The notes beneath the pieces were generated by a model. That model worked only from the letters and a program-made list of their open reading frames with translations, searched no databases and was not told the DNA's origin. DNA of 64,000 nt, taken from positions 53,630,001-53,694,000 of the forward strand of contig OX597831.1 of assembly GCA_951406725.2 (NCBI GenBank). The letters run 5' to 3'. This DNA is from Octopus vulgaris (lineage: Eukaryota). Numbering within the stretch: position 1 is the stretch's first letter; each line of letters opens with the position of its first letter. A program made the translations under genes and the position numbers. Positions 12,850 through 25,872 of the stretch are shown here, piece after piece.

Positions 12850-12887
12850 CAGTTGAAAAGGTCTGAAAATGACCGAAACCGGTACTG
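12850..12887 (+). ncRNA. Minimal type-I hammerhead motif, U3-A8 core
   Basis: cag-TTGAAAA-ggtc(tgaaaat)gacc-GAAA-ccgg-TA-ctg. Confidence 0.72.
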
Positions 12888-12968
12888 AAATGTTCACTAT
12901 AAAATTATTTTAGCATTTTCTATTTTTTACTTGTTTTTTCATATATATCAACTCGTGTGTTCCTTTTC

Positions 12969-13323
<355 letters not shown>

Positions 13324-13499
13324 ATATTTTCATCTACCAAATTCCACTCACAAGCTCTCAAGGTATTTGTTAATCTGATGTTAAGATAGAAGACACCTGC
13401 AACAGGATTAAGCCTTGAGCATGAGGTTGTAAATCCAGCATGTTAACTACACAGCCAAGCATGTCAACAAAAACATATATTCTACAGTGAGCAATGAAG

Positions 13500-13960
13500 G
13501 AGCTTCTCTGTCAGCCTGCTAGAAATAGCAGCACAGACTCTCTGAAATCATACACTACCATTTTAAAGAAGTGAAAGACAAATGACATACTCTAGTCCTA
13601 GATACACTGTTTGGAAAAATAGATGTGATGGTCATGAATGGAGAAAATTTGGTCATGGATCTGCTTAATCAGGGCTGACACGGAACTAAACAACGACAAT
13701 ATGTATGCTATAACTCATGAGAGTTCTTCAACGTGGTTGCTTGATTTGCTAGTAAAAACAGCCTACTATCCATAAATACATATCCTACGATCTTGAAGAG
13801 AGGAAGGAAGGACAAATTGAATAATGTAATATTAGATACATTATTAGATTTGAATAAAAGACAGAATAGTTACAGCTGGTAATGCTTTTGAACATAGAGT
13901 TTGCTTGATCAGGGATGACCTTGGTTACGCAACATCATCAACAGCAACAACAACAACAAA
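13500..13960 (+). mobile_element. Two tandem copies of a retroposon 3' segment with (CAA)n tail
   Basis: gctagaaatagcagc...atcagggctgac...aacaac; related copies at about 39200-39560 and 62530-62735. Confidence 0.6.
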
Positions 13961-14217
13961 AATCTACCCTATTAATTTCTTCAATGTAGAAAGGTTAATG
14001 GTGGATGAAGTGTGTGAGTGTATAATTATATGCATATAATATATGCATATACATACATACATACATACATACCCACATACATATAGATATATATATTTAT
14101 ATATGCATATATATATATACTTATACATATATACAGACAGACACGAACACACACATATGCATACAGTCATACACTCACACACCGCATCCATTAACCTTTC
14201 ACCATTATGTGTGTGTG

Positions 14218-14269
<52 letters not shown>

Positions 14270-16187
14270 TGAATACAGACGCATACATTTATACATATAC
14301 ACACACATATATATAAATGAATGTATGTACATGTACAGATATTTATGCACATGTATACACAAATATATATACATATGTATGTATATATATATATGCACAT
14401 GCATGCTCAAATACACATTGCATACTTGCATACATATGTATACATACATACACACATGCATATATATATTTATACACACATATATATGTACACACACGCA
14501 CATATATTGTTGATGTATATTGATATATATATATATATATACCTGTATACATATATATATATATCCATATATACACAGATGTGTGTGTGTATGTATGTGT
14601 GTGTGTGCGTATATATGTATACATATTTGAATATGTACATAAAAAAGATATATGCACATAGGCACATCCATACATACATGTATAGGGAGAGAAAGGAAAA
14701 GAGAATGAAAGAAAGAGGGATTACATGGGTATATAGAAGTATATTTTCAAGTACTACCCAAAAGTGATATAAGACGATTTTCGTGTCTCACAATAGTTAG
14801 TTAATCAGCAAGCCGGGTGAGAACAGTGAAAAGAAATGCTTTGAGTTTCAGCTTGGACTATTGTCATGCGATGAAAGGCAGAGTCTCTGCCCTCTCATTC
14901 CCTGATAAAAAGGCTAATCTCATTAAGGTATACAAAACCATTCCAATCATACATAGATCTCAAGCTGCATTGGTGGCTAAAAGAGATACGGAAGGGCTTC
15001 TCAACATTGTCTGCAATGATCGGAGCTAACATTGTTGAATGTGCTAACTGGTCTAAGTTCATTGATCAAAGGTTACTGAAATATTTGATGTGTGACCAGA
15101 AACATTGATGAGTTATAGGGAATTCTGATTATTATATGAACTATGAATGATATCAGCTAAAGCTCTTTTATCTGTTATTGGACACCAATAACGCTCTCTC
15201 TCTCTCTCTCTCGTGTGTGTGTATATATGTATGTATTTATGTATGTATGTATGTGTGTGTATATGCATATGTGAGTGTGTGTGTGCATGCATGTGTGTGT
15301 GTAAGTGTGTGTGTGTGTATCTTATACAAGTTCTGTTATAATTCTATGGAACAAACTCACGCATGCAATTTAGATAGCTCTGAGGGAGCTTCTGTTTTTG
15401 CTTTGTTTTGTTTTTTTTTTTGTTTTTATTTTGCTTTTACTTTGTTGCTGCTTTACAAATATATATTGTTTTTTCCATGTTTGTTCATATCAGTGAAATG
15501 GTTTCAACCGAGATAATTGTTAAAACATTTGGATTACCTTGATGATAGAACTGGTTTGTCAGTCAGGTAAACAGGGAAACGTAGAGTAGTATGTGTCGAG
15601 GGTAATTATCACAGAACTAGTGAAAGTTCAGAATTCGGGGGAAAGAAATGGATCCTTAACCAAATCTACTCCAAGTATGCCAATAACAAGATCTCATCTA
15701 ATCTTAATGCTTAACTTTCAAGATATTTCAAAGTACCAACAGCAAAGCATGGTTCACTGCAGTTGACGTCTTCTTCGGAACAATGTGCTTTTATGGAACC
15801 AAGGTCCACCTTGCGCAAATGTCTTCTGTTATAACTCCAGACTGACCAAAGCCTTCTGAGTGGATTTCATAGATGGAAACTAAAAGAAGCCTGTATATAG
15901 TAGATGTTAAATGATGATGATGATCAGCACGGTATGATTTCCGGGAGATTTGGCTGGTATTTCTAGCATATCAAGTGGCTGAATACAAATTTCTTCACTA
16001 GCTTCCATGAAATAAATGGATCTCTGTCACTTTCTATGATGAATATTTAATTACTTGATCAACAGAACAATCTTCTCTTTGAATCAGTGTGTAAACGGTT
16101 AAGTATTCCACTGGACATGTGCACTCTTAATGTTATTCTCTGGTAAAATCAATATAACACAGTGTCTAGTCAATGCTGTATCTTTGA

Positions 16188-17565
16188 AAAAGCAACCGCA
16201 ATGAACAAGAGTGACCACAACCAACAAAAGCGACCACAACCAACAAAAGCGACCACAACCAAAAAAGTGACCACAACCAACAAATGCAACTACAACAAAC
16301 AAAGGCAATTATGATGAACAAAAGCAAACACAACCAACAAAATCAAATACAAACTACAAAGGCGAACAGAACCAATAGAAGTGAGCAAAACCAACAAAAT
16401 CAACCAACCACAACCTACAAAAGCGACCAAAATGAACAAATGCAACCACAACCAACAAAAGCGAACACAACCAGCAAAATTAGCCACAACCAACAAAAGC
16501 AACCATAAGTGATCACAAAGAGCAAATGCAACCACAACTAACAAAAGCGATGACAACCAACAAAAGTGACCACAACCAAGAAAGGCGACCACAATGAACA
16601 AAAGCGACCACAACCAACAAAAGCATCCACAACTAACAAATGCAACCACAACCAACAAAAGCGACAGCAATCAAGAAAGGCGACCACAATGAACAAAAGT
16701 CACAACTACCAACAGATGTAACTACAATCAACTAAAGTGACCACAACTAACACAATCAACCACAACCTACAAAAGTGACTACAATGAATAAATGCAACCC
16801 AAACCAACAAAAGCAAAACAACAAACAAATGCAACTACAACCAACAAAATCAACCACAAGCAACAAAATGTCCACAACCAGGGAAAAGAGACCACAATGA
16901 ACAAATGCAACCACACCCAACAAAAGTGACCACAATCAACAAAAGTGACCAAAACAAAGAAATGCAACCACAACCAAAAAAAGTGAACACAGCCAACAAA
17001 AGAGAGCACAACCAACAAAATTCACCAAAACCAACAAAAGCGACCACAACCAACTAAAGTGAGCACAACCAACAGAAGGGTCCACAACCTACAAAAGCAA
17101 CCAAAATGAATAAATGCAACCACAAACAACAAAAGTGAACACAACCAACAAGAGCAACCACAACAAAATTAACCACAACTAACAAACCAAAAAACCAAAA
17201 AAAAAGTGACCGCTACCAACAAAGCAACCACTAGCAACAAAAGTGACCACAACCAACAAAAGTGGCCGCAACCAAGAAATATGACCACAATGAATAAATG
17301 CAGCCACAACCAACAAAAGCGACCACAAGAGACCACAACAAGCAAATGCAACCACAACTAACAAAAGCGATGACAACCAACAAAAGTGACCACAACCAAC
17401 TAGAGAGACCACAACCAACAAAATCAACCACGATAACAATGAACAAAAGCAAATACAACTAACAAAAGCAACCACAACCAACAAATGCAACCACAACCAA
17501 TAAAAGCGACCACAATGAACAAAAGCGACCATAACGAACAAAGGTGACCACAACCAGCAAAACCA
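16188..17565. repeat. 19-bp minisatellite, consensus AAAAGCGACCACAACCAAC, about 70 degenerate units
   Basis: Period 19 visible at 16223/16242; strong A/C strand bias. Confidence 0.92.
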
Positions 17566-18418
17566 AGTGATCCAGTCAGGTGGAATCTGCAGTGCCTAGC
17601 ATCACAGCAAGAGACAGGAATTGTTGGATGTTTGTCAGAGTTTAATTACATCTACTTAACTGTGCATTTGAGAGTGTGTGTGTATGTGTGTACACTTGTA
17701 CCCACAAGTGTGGGCACAAAAGTATCTATATGTCTACTTACACATTGTTTACATTAGTGTATATTTTATTTTTCTTATTTTGTCCCTGTCTTTGATTTAC
17801 TACTAAATGCATGTAGACAACTGTCTATTATATTACAACAAAGTCTGTCTTTTGCCATTCCTGCCCAATGGCTTAAACCTATGGTCACTAACAACAAGCT
17901 ATTAAAACTAAGAGAAACAGGGTTTATTTCACAAGATGCCCCTCATAAAACCACATGACAAGACACTTCTGCACCAAGGGATGCTTCCACAACCAGTTGT
18001 ACAGTATTCCACCCATGTGGGATCTATGCAGGGTGCATCGAAATGGTCGTTGTGATGAATACAGTTTCTTGTATATTCCATTTCCCATCTCTATCATTTG
18101 TTATATGTTCAATGAAAACTGAGGAATTCTTGAGGCAGATACAGCAACAATTGTACAAATACCATGGATGACATCAGGTAACCATAGGCAGTGAACATTC
18201 TTCATTGGCTAACTACTAGGTACATGCCCAATACTGAAATAATTATTTATATAATAGGCGCTGGAGTGGCTGTGTGGTAAGTAGCTTGCTTACCAACTAC
18301 ATGATTCCAGGTTCAGTTCCACTGTGGGGGACCTTGGGCAAGTGTCTTCTACAATAGCCTCAGGCCAACCAAAGCCTTGTGAATGGATTTGGTAGACGGA
18401 AACTGAAAGACATCCATC

Positions 18419-18521
<103 letters not shown>

Positions 18522-18796
18522 ATTTATATATACTATATATAAATTAATTATATAGTAAGTTTATATAATAGATGTGTATATATTTGAACCATTTTCTATT
18601 TTTAATTCTAATATTCTTAGCTTGTACTAGTATTATGTTTATAACTTAACATGAAGTTTTTATAGTATACATTACTTAATTAGAATAAGATTTAACTTAG
18701 ATGTTAATTAAATAAATAAATTAATTAAGAAATAATTTAATTTAATGTATATAGATTAAATTATAGAATATTAAGTTTCACTTAATATATATTTTG

Positions 18797-18832
<36 letters not shown>

Positions 18833-19043
18833 TGAAATAGAAAGATGAATAATCTTGTTGCAGATTAATCAAAAGTTTAACCGATACCTTGGTAGCAAAA
18901 ATCACAGCAGAAGACAGCACGGTTGGAGGTACAACCATATGGTGTTGCAACCGTGCGTTGGTGCGGATAATTGAATTTTAATATTATTAGTGAATTGAAG
19001 AAATGGAGTTGAACGAAGATTGAACAGAAATCGTTTTATTGCA

Positions 19044-19123
19044 TTCTACACGTGTTTCGAAAGGCATAATTTACCAAATTCCGATTGAATAAGGAGACCA
19101 TATTGTGTCTTTCTCTTCAGGAA
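19044..19123 (-). ncRNA. Type-I hammerhead motif in PLE2 3' pLTR
   Basis: Reverse complement of 20048-20127. Confidence 0.8.
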
Positions 19124-20047
19124 GAAATAGGAAATCCGTTGGAAAAAACAAAAACAGAACAGAGGCGGAGCAAAACAAATCGAACGAGGCTCCTAAGAGC
19201 CCATGGCCAAACTGTTTATCAATGTATGTTGAAAACTGGTGGTGGGTGCGTTGAAGGTTTTAACAGGTCAGTCAGCGGTCATTCCGGTGGGTGGGAGCAT
19301 GGGGTGCTTAGATGTTCTTTGTGACCGAGACTAAAGTTCTGACTATTTAAAGAATATTAGGTGTATTATATGGGGCGAGACAAAATCTACTTAGAAACAT
19401 GTGTGTGTGTACTGTTCTATGTGTTCATATGTGCGTTTGATCACGTGGCCGTCAGTTGGTAAACAGCCCTACACAATGGTCACTGCTGTAAAATCCTTCG
19501 GGTGGCAGAAAAAAAATTTTTTATGTGTGCGTGTGTTCATCTAAACCTGCCTTGTCAAAGAATCCTCCCGTCGTCAAGACAAACCACCATTCGTCTCCCA
19601 GGAGTAATTCCCCTTGCAATGGTTAATCATATTTCTCTTAAAAGTTTTTCAGAATTTATTCCCAAGGGCTATTTTCATATAAGTAGTGTAACCGGGCGCA
19701 GGTATTATTTATAAGCGTTATTTATAAGCAAGATAAGTATAACGCCGCCAGTGGGGGCATCGAAAAGCCGACTGTAAAAGTCCGTTTACCATCCGGTCTC
19801 TGGCGAACAATATATGGAAGAGTTCGGAGACACAAAGGTTGCACTTCCTTCTGCCCCATCTAAGCACCCCATGCTCCCACCCACCGGAATGACCGCTGAC
19901 TGACCCGTTAAAACCTTCAACGCACCCACCACCAGTTTTCAACATACATTGATAAACAGTTTGGCCATGGGCTCTTAGGAGCCTCGTTCGATTTGTTTTG
20001 CTCCGCCTCTGTTCTGTTTTTGTTTTTTCCAACGGATTTCCTATTTC

Positions 20048-20127
20048 TTCCTGAAGAGAAAGACACAATATGGTCTCCTTATTCAATCGGAATTTGGTAA
20101 ATTATGCCTTTCGAAACACGTGTAGAA
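20048..20127 (+). ncRNA. Type-I hammerhead motif in PLE2 inverted pLTR
   Basis: ttc-CTGAAGA-gaaag(45 nt)ctttc-GAAA-cacgtg-TA-gaa, followed by AATAAA at 20131. Confidence 0.8.
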
Positions 20128-20186
20128 TGCAATAAAACGATTTCTGTTCAATCTTCGTTCAACTCCATTTCTTCAATTCACTAATA

Positions 20187-20234
<48 letters not shown>

Positions 20235-20452
20235 TTAAATAATTTAATTAATTGTATTTTAATTTTCTAGTAATGATATGTTATAGTTTTTCTTTTCCTA
20301 TATAAGTTAAAATTTTATTTTTATAGATATAATAAATATTTATACCTATTTATTCTATTTTTATTTACTCCAGAATATATTTGTTAAGATATTTTGTATT
20401 TTACAAGATTATATATGTATATTTATTTATTTATTCTATTGTCTTTATCTTT

Positions 20453-20533
20453 AACCTGAAGAGTGGCTACATTTAAATTGAATTGATTTTTCTGTTATCA
20501 GTTTTTAAATATAGCCACGAAACACATGTCGTC
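20453..20533 (+). ncRNA. Type-I hammerhead motif in an AT-rich pLTR-like remnant (about 20230-20685)
   Basis: aac-CTGAAGA-gtggctacatttaaa...tttaaatatagccac-GAAA-cacatg-TC-gtc; stem II 14/15 paired, stem I weak. Confidence 0.75.
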
Positions 20534-21420
20534 ATTTTACCAATTATTTACGTTTTATTTATTATTTTGTACATTACTTAATAATTGGTATATGTTTTTA
20601 TCTTATATTTAATTTATTTTCTATATGGTATAATTTAGTTTTTTCATTGTTGAATTAATAAACAGTAGTTTTCTTCTAATTTATATATATGTATGTATAT
20701 ATGTGTATGTGTGTGTGTGTTTGTATGTCTGTGTTTATCCCCCCAACATCGCCTGACAACTGATGCTAGTCTGTTTACATCCCCATGACTTAGCAGTTCA
20801 GTAAAAGAGGTCAATAGAATAAGTACTAGGCTTACAAAGAATAAGTCCTGGGGTCCATTTGGTCGACTAAAGGTGGTGCTGTAGCATGGCCACAGTCAAA
20901 GGATTGAAACAAGTAAAAGAATAAATATGTATGTATGAATATACAACAGGCTTCTTTCAGTTTCCGTCTACTAAATCCTCTCATAAGTCTTTGATCAGCT
21001 AGGGCCTTTAGCAGAAAAAAAAATCCTTACCCAAAGTGCTGCACAATGAGACTGAACTCAAGACCACATGTTTGTAAAGCAAACTTCTTAACCACATGAT
21101 CATTCCTAACCCATAAAAAGGAAAGGGATTCTTATCAATGTTTGTTGCACTAAAAAAACTGTAATGAGATGAGGGGATATGTTACAAGGTGTAGATATTG
21201 AAGGGACTCTAATTAATTATCACAGAAAGAAGGGTGCTCTGTTGACTTTGTGTTAAGAAAATATGATGAAGACTCATTTAATAAGTTGCAGAATGGTAAA
21301 GATAGCAGATTGTTCTGGAGATGTTTAGGAGAAAGATTAGGTTGCTAAAATATCAAAATGCATGTGTTTATGTATAAGTATGTGCATGTGCATGTATGTG
21401 TGTGCATGCATGTGCATCTG

Positions 21421-21668
21421 TGTTTGTGTTTGAGTTTAGGCATGTGTGTTTATGAGCATGCGTGTGTACATGCGAGTTCACGTGTGTGTTTGTGAATGTG
21501 TGTATATATGTTCATATGCATCTTTGTGTGTGCATGTGTATAAACATGTGTGTTTGTGTTTGAGTTTAGGTGTGTGTATTTATAAGCATGCGTGTGTAGA
21601 TGCATGTTCACGTGTGCATTTGTGAATGTATGTATATATGTTTGTGTGCATCTTTGTGTGTGCATGTG
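21421..21668. repeat. 130-bp tandem duplication within TG-rich low-complexity DNA
   Basis: tgtttgtgtttgagtttagg at 21421 and 21551. Confidence 0.8.
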
Positions 21669-21994
21669 TGTGTATATACATGTGTGTTTGTGTACATGTA
21701 TGTGCATGTACATGTGTGTATTTGTGTGTGTGCATGTGTTTGCATATATGTATGCATGTGTGTGTGTGGGTGTGGGTGTGTGTGAGCTAAATATGAAGTC
21801 AGGCTTTTAGATTTTCTGAAGATAACACTGTTATCTTTCGAGAGGAAGGCAGCATGGGAGGTATAGATGAGGTGGGGGAATAGATTTGTTGCTGCTGTTC
21901 TTGTATTGTCATTGTTGTTGTTCTTGTTGATGATGTTGATTACCTCAACCACACCCTGTCCCCTATCAACCTGAATCAACTCTGATTGAGCAGA

Positions 21995-22218
21995 CTTACT
22001 CTTTACTCGTTTACTTGTTTCAATCATTTGACTGTGGTCATGCTGGAGCACCGCCTTTAGTCAATCAAATCGCCCCCGGGATTTATTCTTTGGATGCCTA
22101 GTACTTATTCTATTGGCCTCTTGTGCCGAACCGCTAAGTTATGGAGATGTAAACGCACAATCATTAGTTGTCAAGCGATGTTGGGGAGACAAACATAGAC
22201 ACACAAACATATATACAC

Positions 22219-22271
<53 letters not shown>

Positions 22272-22690
22272 TACGATGGGCTTCTTTCAGTTTCCGTCTA
22301 CCAAATCCACTCACACGGCTTTGGTCGACCTGAGGCTATAGTAGTAGACACTTGCCCAAGGTGCCACGCAGCATAGATATTTCTACCCTAGCTATTTTCT
22401 GTCTATCATTCAAACTTACTCGTAGTGTATCTATTTCTTTTATTTTTTTTATTTGTTTTAGTCATTTGACTGCAGCCATGCTGGAGCACCACATTTAGTC
22501 GAGCAAATTGACCCCAGGACTTAATCTTTGTAAGCCTAGTACTTATTCTATCAGTCTCTTTTGCCGAACCACCAAGTTATGGGGATGTAAACACACCAGT
22601 GATGGTGGGGAGACAAACATAGACATAAAAACACACACACACACACATACAACAGGCTTCTTTCAGTTTCCGACTACCAAACCCACTTAC
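21995..22690 (-). mobile_element. Two adjacent truncated SINE family A copies
   Basis: Tails at ~21995 and ~22450 in reverse orientation. Confidence 0.8.
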
Positions 22691-22757
22691 ATATTTACAT
22701 TTCTATCTCATTTCTTTCTCTCTCCCTCATATGTGTGTGTGTGTGTGTGTGTGTGTG

Positions 22758-23305
22758 TATCATCATCATCATCATTTAATATCTGTTTTCCAAGTTGGCA
22801 TGGGTTGGACGGTTTTACTGGAGATGGTAAACCGGAGGGCCACACCAGGTTCCATAGTCTGTTTTTGGCTTGGTTTCTTCAGTTCAATGCCCTTCCTAAT
22901 GCCAACCACTCCACAGTCACTGGCATGGGTACCTTTCATGTACCACTGGTGTGAGTGTCTTTAATGTGTCACTGCATGGGTGCCTTTTCCATGTCACAAG
23001 CATGGGTGTCTTTTATGTGTCACCAGCAAAGGTACCAGTCACATATCATCAGCACTGGCCATGACTGATTTCACTTTGCTTCTTGTATCTTCTCAAGCAA
23101 TTCACCAGGTCACTTGTCATTGCTTTCATGAGACTCAACAGCCAAAGATCATGTTTCACCACCTCATTCCACATCTTCCTAGGCCTACCTCTTCCACAGG
23201 TTTCTTCCACAATTAGAGATTGGCATTTCTTTATGCAGCTCTCCTCATCCATACACATCACATGACCATACTAGTGCAGTTTTCTCTCTTGCTTACAACA
23301 TCTGA
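22758..23305 (-). mobile_element. RTE LINE C-terminal fragment plus RTE-type 3' segment with (GAT)n tail
   Basis: MDEESCIKKC...GRGRPRKMWNEVVKHDL; tail ccaacccatgcc...ttaaatgatgatgat. Confidence 0.8.
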
Positions 23306-23355
<50 letters not shown>

Positions 23356-24564
23356 TAGAGGAAAACCACTATGTGGACACATTTATGCTAGAAATAGATC
23401 CGCTATGGTTTTACCACTAAGAAATGTTCTCAAGAAAAATTTAGCAAAACAACCAAAATGTAATCAAGCAAGACAAAAGGAAAAGCAATAAAAATATGGA
23501 TTATTCACATACATGTTTCACTATTAACATGTTACATAATTTTACTTCCCTCCATACATACTTTGAACATGCAATTGTCAGTCAGCTCTGCTTCTATGAG
23601 AGACTACACACATTTCATTAACCTGTAATATCCATCAACAAGAAGAATGAACAGTTTTATTGTTGCCAACAAAGGTATGTTCAGTTAATGAACTTCAACC
23701 TATTGGCAACCAACAATCCAGATATACCACCAGAGGTCTTGCAAGGGTAAGGTATTAACTCCTGCTGCTCGTATAGACTACAACCCCTTAGTCCCATCCA
23801 TGCCAGATCACCCAGTCTCAAATTCTTTTACCAGCAAATTTTTTTAGGCCTGTGTTATCTAATTTTAATCAAGCACCACCAAATCTGGTTACTCCTGTGG
23901 GAAAGCTGTTGCTATTCTTATGTTAGCTCTCTACAGATTGCCTACTGAGTAACGAACTCATGACAACACTCCAGCCTGCCATGTGTAGCATCAAATGCAA
24001 TGAACAGATGTCACTAAACATACCATGCCACCACATAGGTTCCTGACATAGCAGCAACAGCAACCTACCAACATTCTGTTTGTGCATGTGGGCCTAAGAA
24101 TTAAGAAAAGAACTAAAATTTACTTAGATGTTTATTTCTGCAATCAACTATACAACAGATCACATTTTAAATTGTAACAATTAAATACAAAGAAATAGAA
24201 ATAAGAAAGTAAGATAAAAAAAAGGAAGGGGAAAAAATGAGGGAGGGTAAAGCAGCAGATGATGGAGAGGGAAGGTTAGGGACTGAACCAGAAACTACAT
24301 GGTTGGTAAGCAAGCTACTTACCACACAGCCACCAGCTACTCCTGTGCTTATATTTAAATAGTCTTTATTTTTCTAAGACAGAAGCATATGAAGTGAGGG
24401 AGATTTGCCTGCTATTTCTAGGGGGATGAATGACTATAGTGAAACTCACTTGAGGATAGATGGAAGAATGAGAGAAAAAGGGAAAGAGAGAGAAAAGGAA
24501 GAACTTTTTTGTTTAATTTAGCTTAAGAATGTGGCTAAATTATCATCATCATCATCATCACCTC

Positions 24565-24935
24565 AGAACAAATGGTGTGCTCAGCCATGCTCTGCAACAA
24601 TGACCACAGTGGTATTGCCACGGGGAATGGTCAGCAATACTCATTGCAGCACTCACTCTACCTTGCAAGCTTATTTCTCAGATGAACCACTGTTATCCTG
24701 ATTTTGTGGAAGAAAACAGTAGCATAGGGTCCAAGACCACCTAATGTCTCAACAGTGACCAGCACAAACTGATGGGGGCCACACAGGCCCCTGTATTTAT
24801 TGATTTTTCTCTCCTCCACGTTATGAGTGGCTACACTCACGCTTGCAACCAATACACCAAAGTTGGAGCTGGAGAACATGTTGCTGCGTGTAGCATCCCA
24901 GAAAAGAAATGCTATTGCTTTCAGACAAATAACAC
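24565..24935 (-). mobile_element. CRE-like non-LTR fragment (restriction-like endonuclease C-terminus), decayed
   Basis: ERKINKYRGL...FVLVTVETLGGLG...FFHKI; second copy at 27368-27670. Confidence 0.7.
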
Positions 24936-25240
24936 CATATAACCTAAGTTTACTAAGAGACTGTTTAAATGTAAACTGTATTTTATGAGTAATAGACAGA
25001 CTTTGGACTAAATTTTTATATGCCAGGCCACTGGAAGTGAAAATTCTATTAATTTCTATTTCCCTTCGATATCATTAAGTATTGTTAGTTTTTGGATAAT
25101 TTTCGGATTTTAAAAGTTGGCATTTTTTTATTGCCGATGAGGGGCTGCATCTGCGCAGTAGATTTTGAAAAGATTAGGATGTATAAACAAGAGGCACATA
25201 GTTGATTGCCTCATGTTTTATATATTTAATCTAAGGTGTA

Positions 25241-25313
25241 CCTGTTGATGAAGATTTCACCTAGTGAATATTATTTATTTGCTAAACTAAAATCAGAAAC
25301 CAATTGGTCCAGG
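25241..25313 (+). ncRNA. Slightly decayed type-I hammerhead motif (solo pLTR-like remnant)
   Basis: cctg-TTGATGA-agattt...aaatca-GAAA-ccaattgg-TC-cagg. Confidence 0.7.
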
Positions 25314-25677
25314 AAAATTCCTGTTGGGATTTTATCCTTAATTTTGTGGTCTATCTACTCCTCAAAATGAGGAGTAGATAGACAGCCAACAACTGATGAA
25401 GGGTCGTTCTTTATGTTACTTGTCCTGTTTTCCATTTGTTTCTCTTGTTGTTTGTGTATTGAACTCATTTGTTTTCATATTTCATGTTGCTTACTGTTTT
25501 GACGTCCTGTACCCATACATGCATGTATATATGTATATATTTGTGTGTATATATATATGTGTGTGTGTGTGTGTGTATGCATATATATATAAACACAGTA
25601 TGTATACACACACACATATATATTCATGCATGTATGTGTATATACATACATATATACATTCACACACACATGCATAA

Positions 25678-25689
25678 AGACAGACAGAC

Positions 25690-25739
<50 letters not shown>

Positions 25740-25872
25740 ATAAATAGACTGATAGATAGATACATAGACAAACAGATAGAGAGATAGATAGAGATAAATA
25801 GATAGACAGAAAGATAGATAGAAAAATAGATAGATAGACAGATAGACGCACAGACGGACAGATAGATAGATG
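25678..25872. repeat. (GATA)n/(GACA)n microsatellite
   Basis: Directly visible. Confidence 0.95.

Larger units (their letters stand above)
18828..20190 (-). mobile_element. Penelope-like element PLE2 (possibly Hydra-clade), 5'-truncated with inverted pLTR
   Basis: 334-bp inverted repeats 18981-19314 and 19857-20190 (one substitution seen); EN C-terminus GRRKCNLCVSELFHILF...CPH at 19856-19718; 3' extension 18980-18828; (TA)n flanks. Confidence 0.88.

Noticed and set aside
14760-15180. Unique sequence with a 70-aa ORF as possible host exon
   Set aside because: No recognisable domain or convincing splice-site pair; may be regulatory but unsupported.
16188-17565. CRISPR-like array or Cys/Trp-rich protein
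   Set aside because: Contiguous 19-bp units without unique spacers; the period is not a multiple of three; eukaryotic context.
19085-20086. Duplicated ORF MNKETILCLSLQEE... on both strands
   Set aside because: Antisense reading of the two pLTR copies; only 19856-19718 is a true coding remnant.
25393-25420. CTGATGA after the perfect hairpin
   Set aside because: No stem II or GAAA partner downstream.
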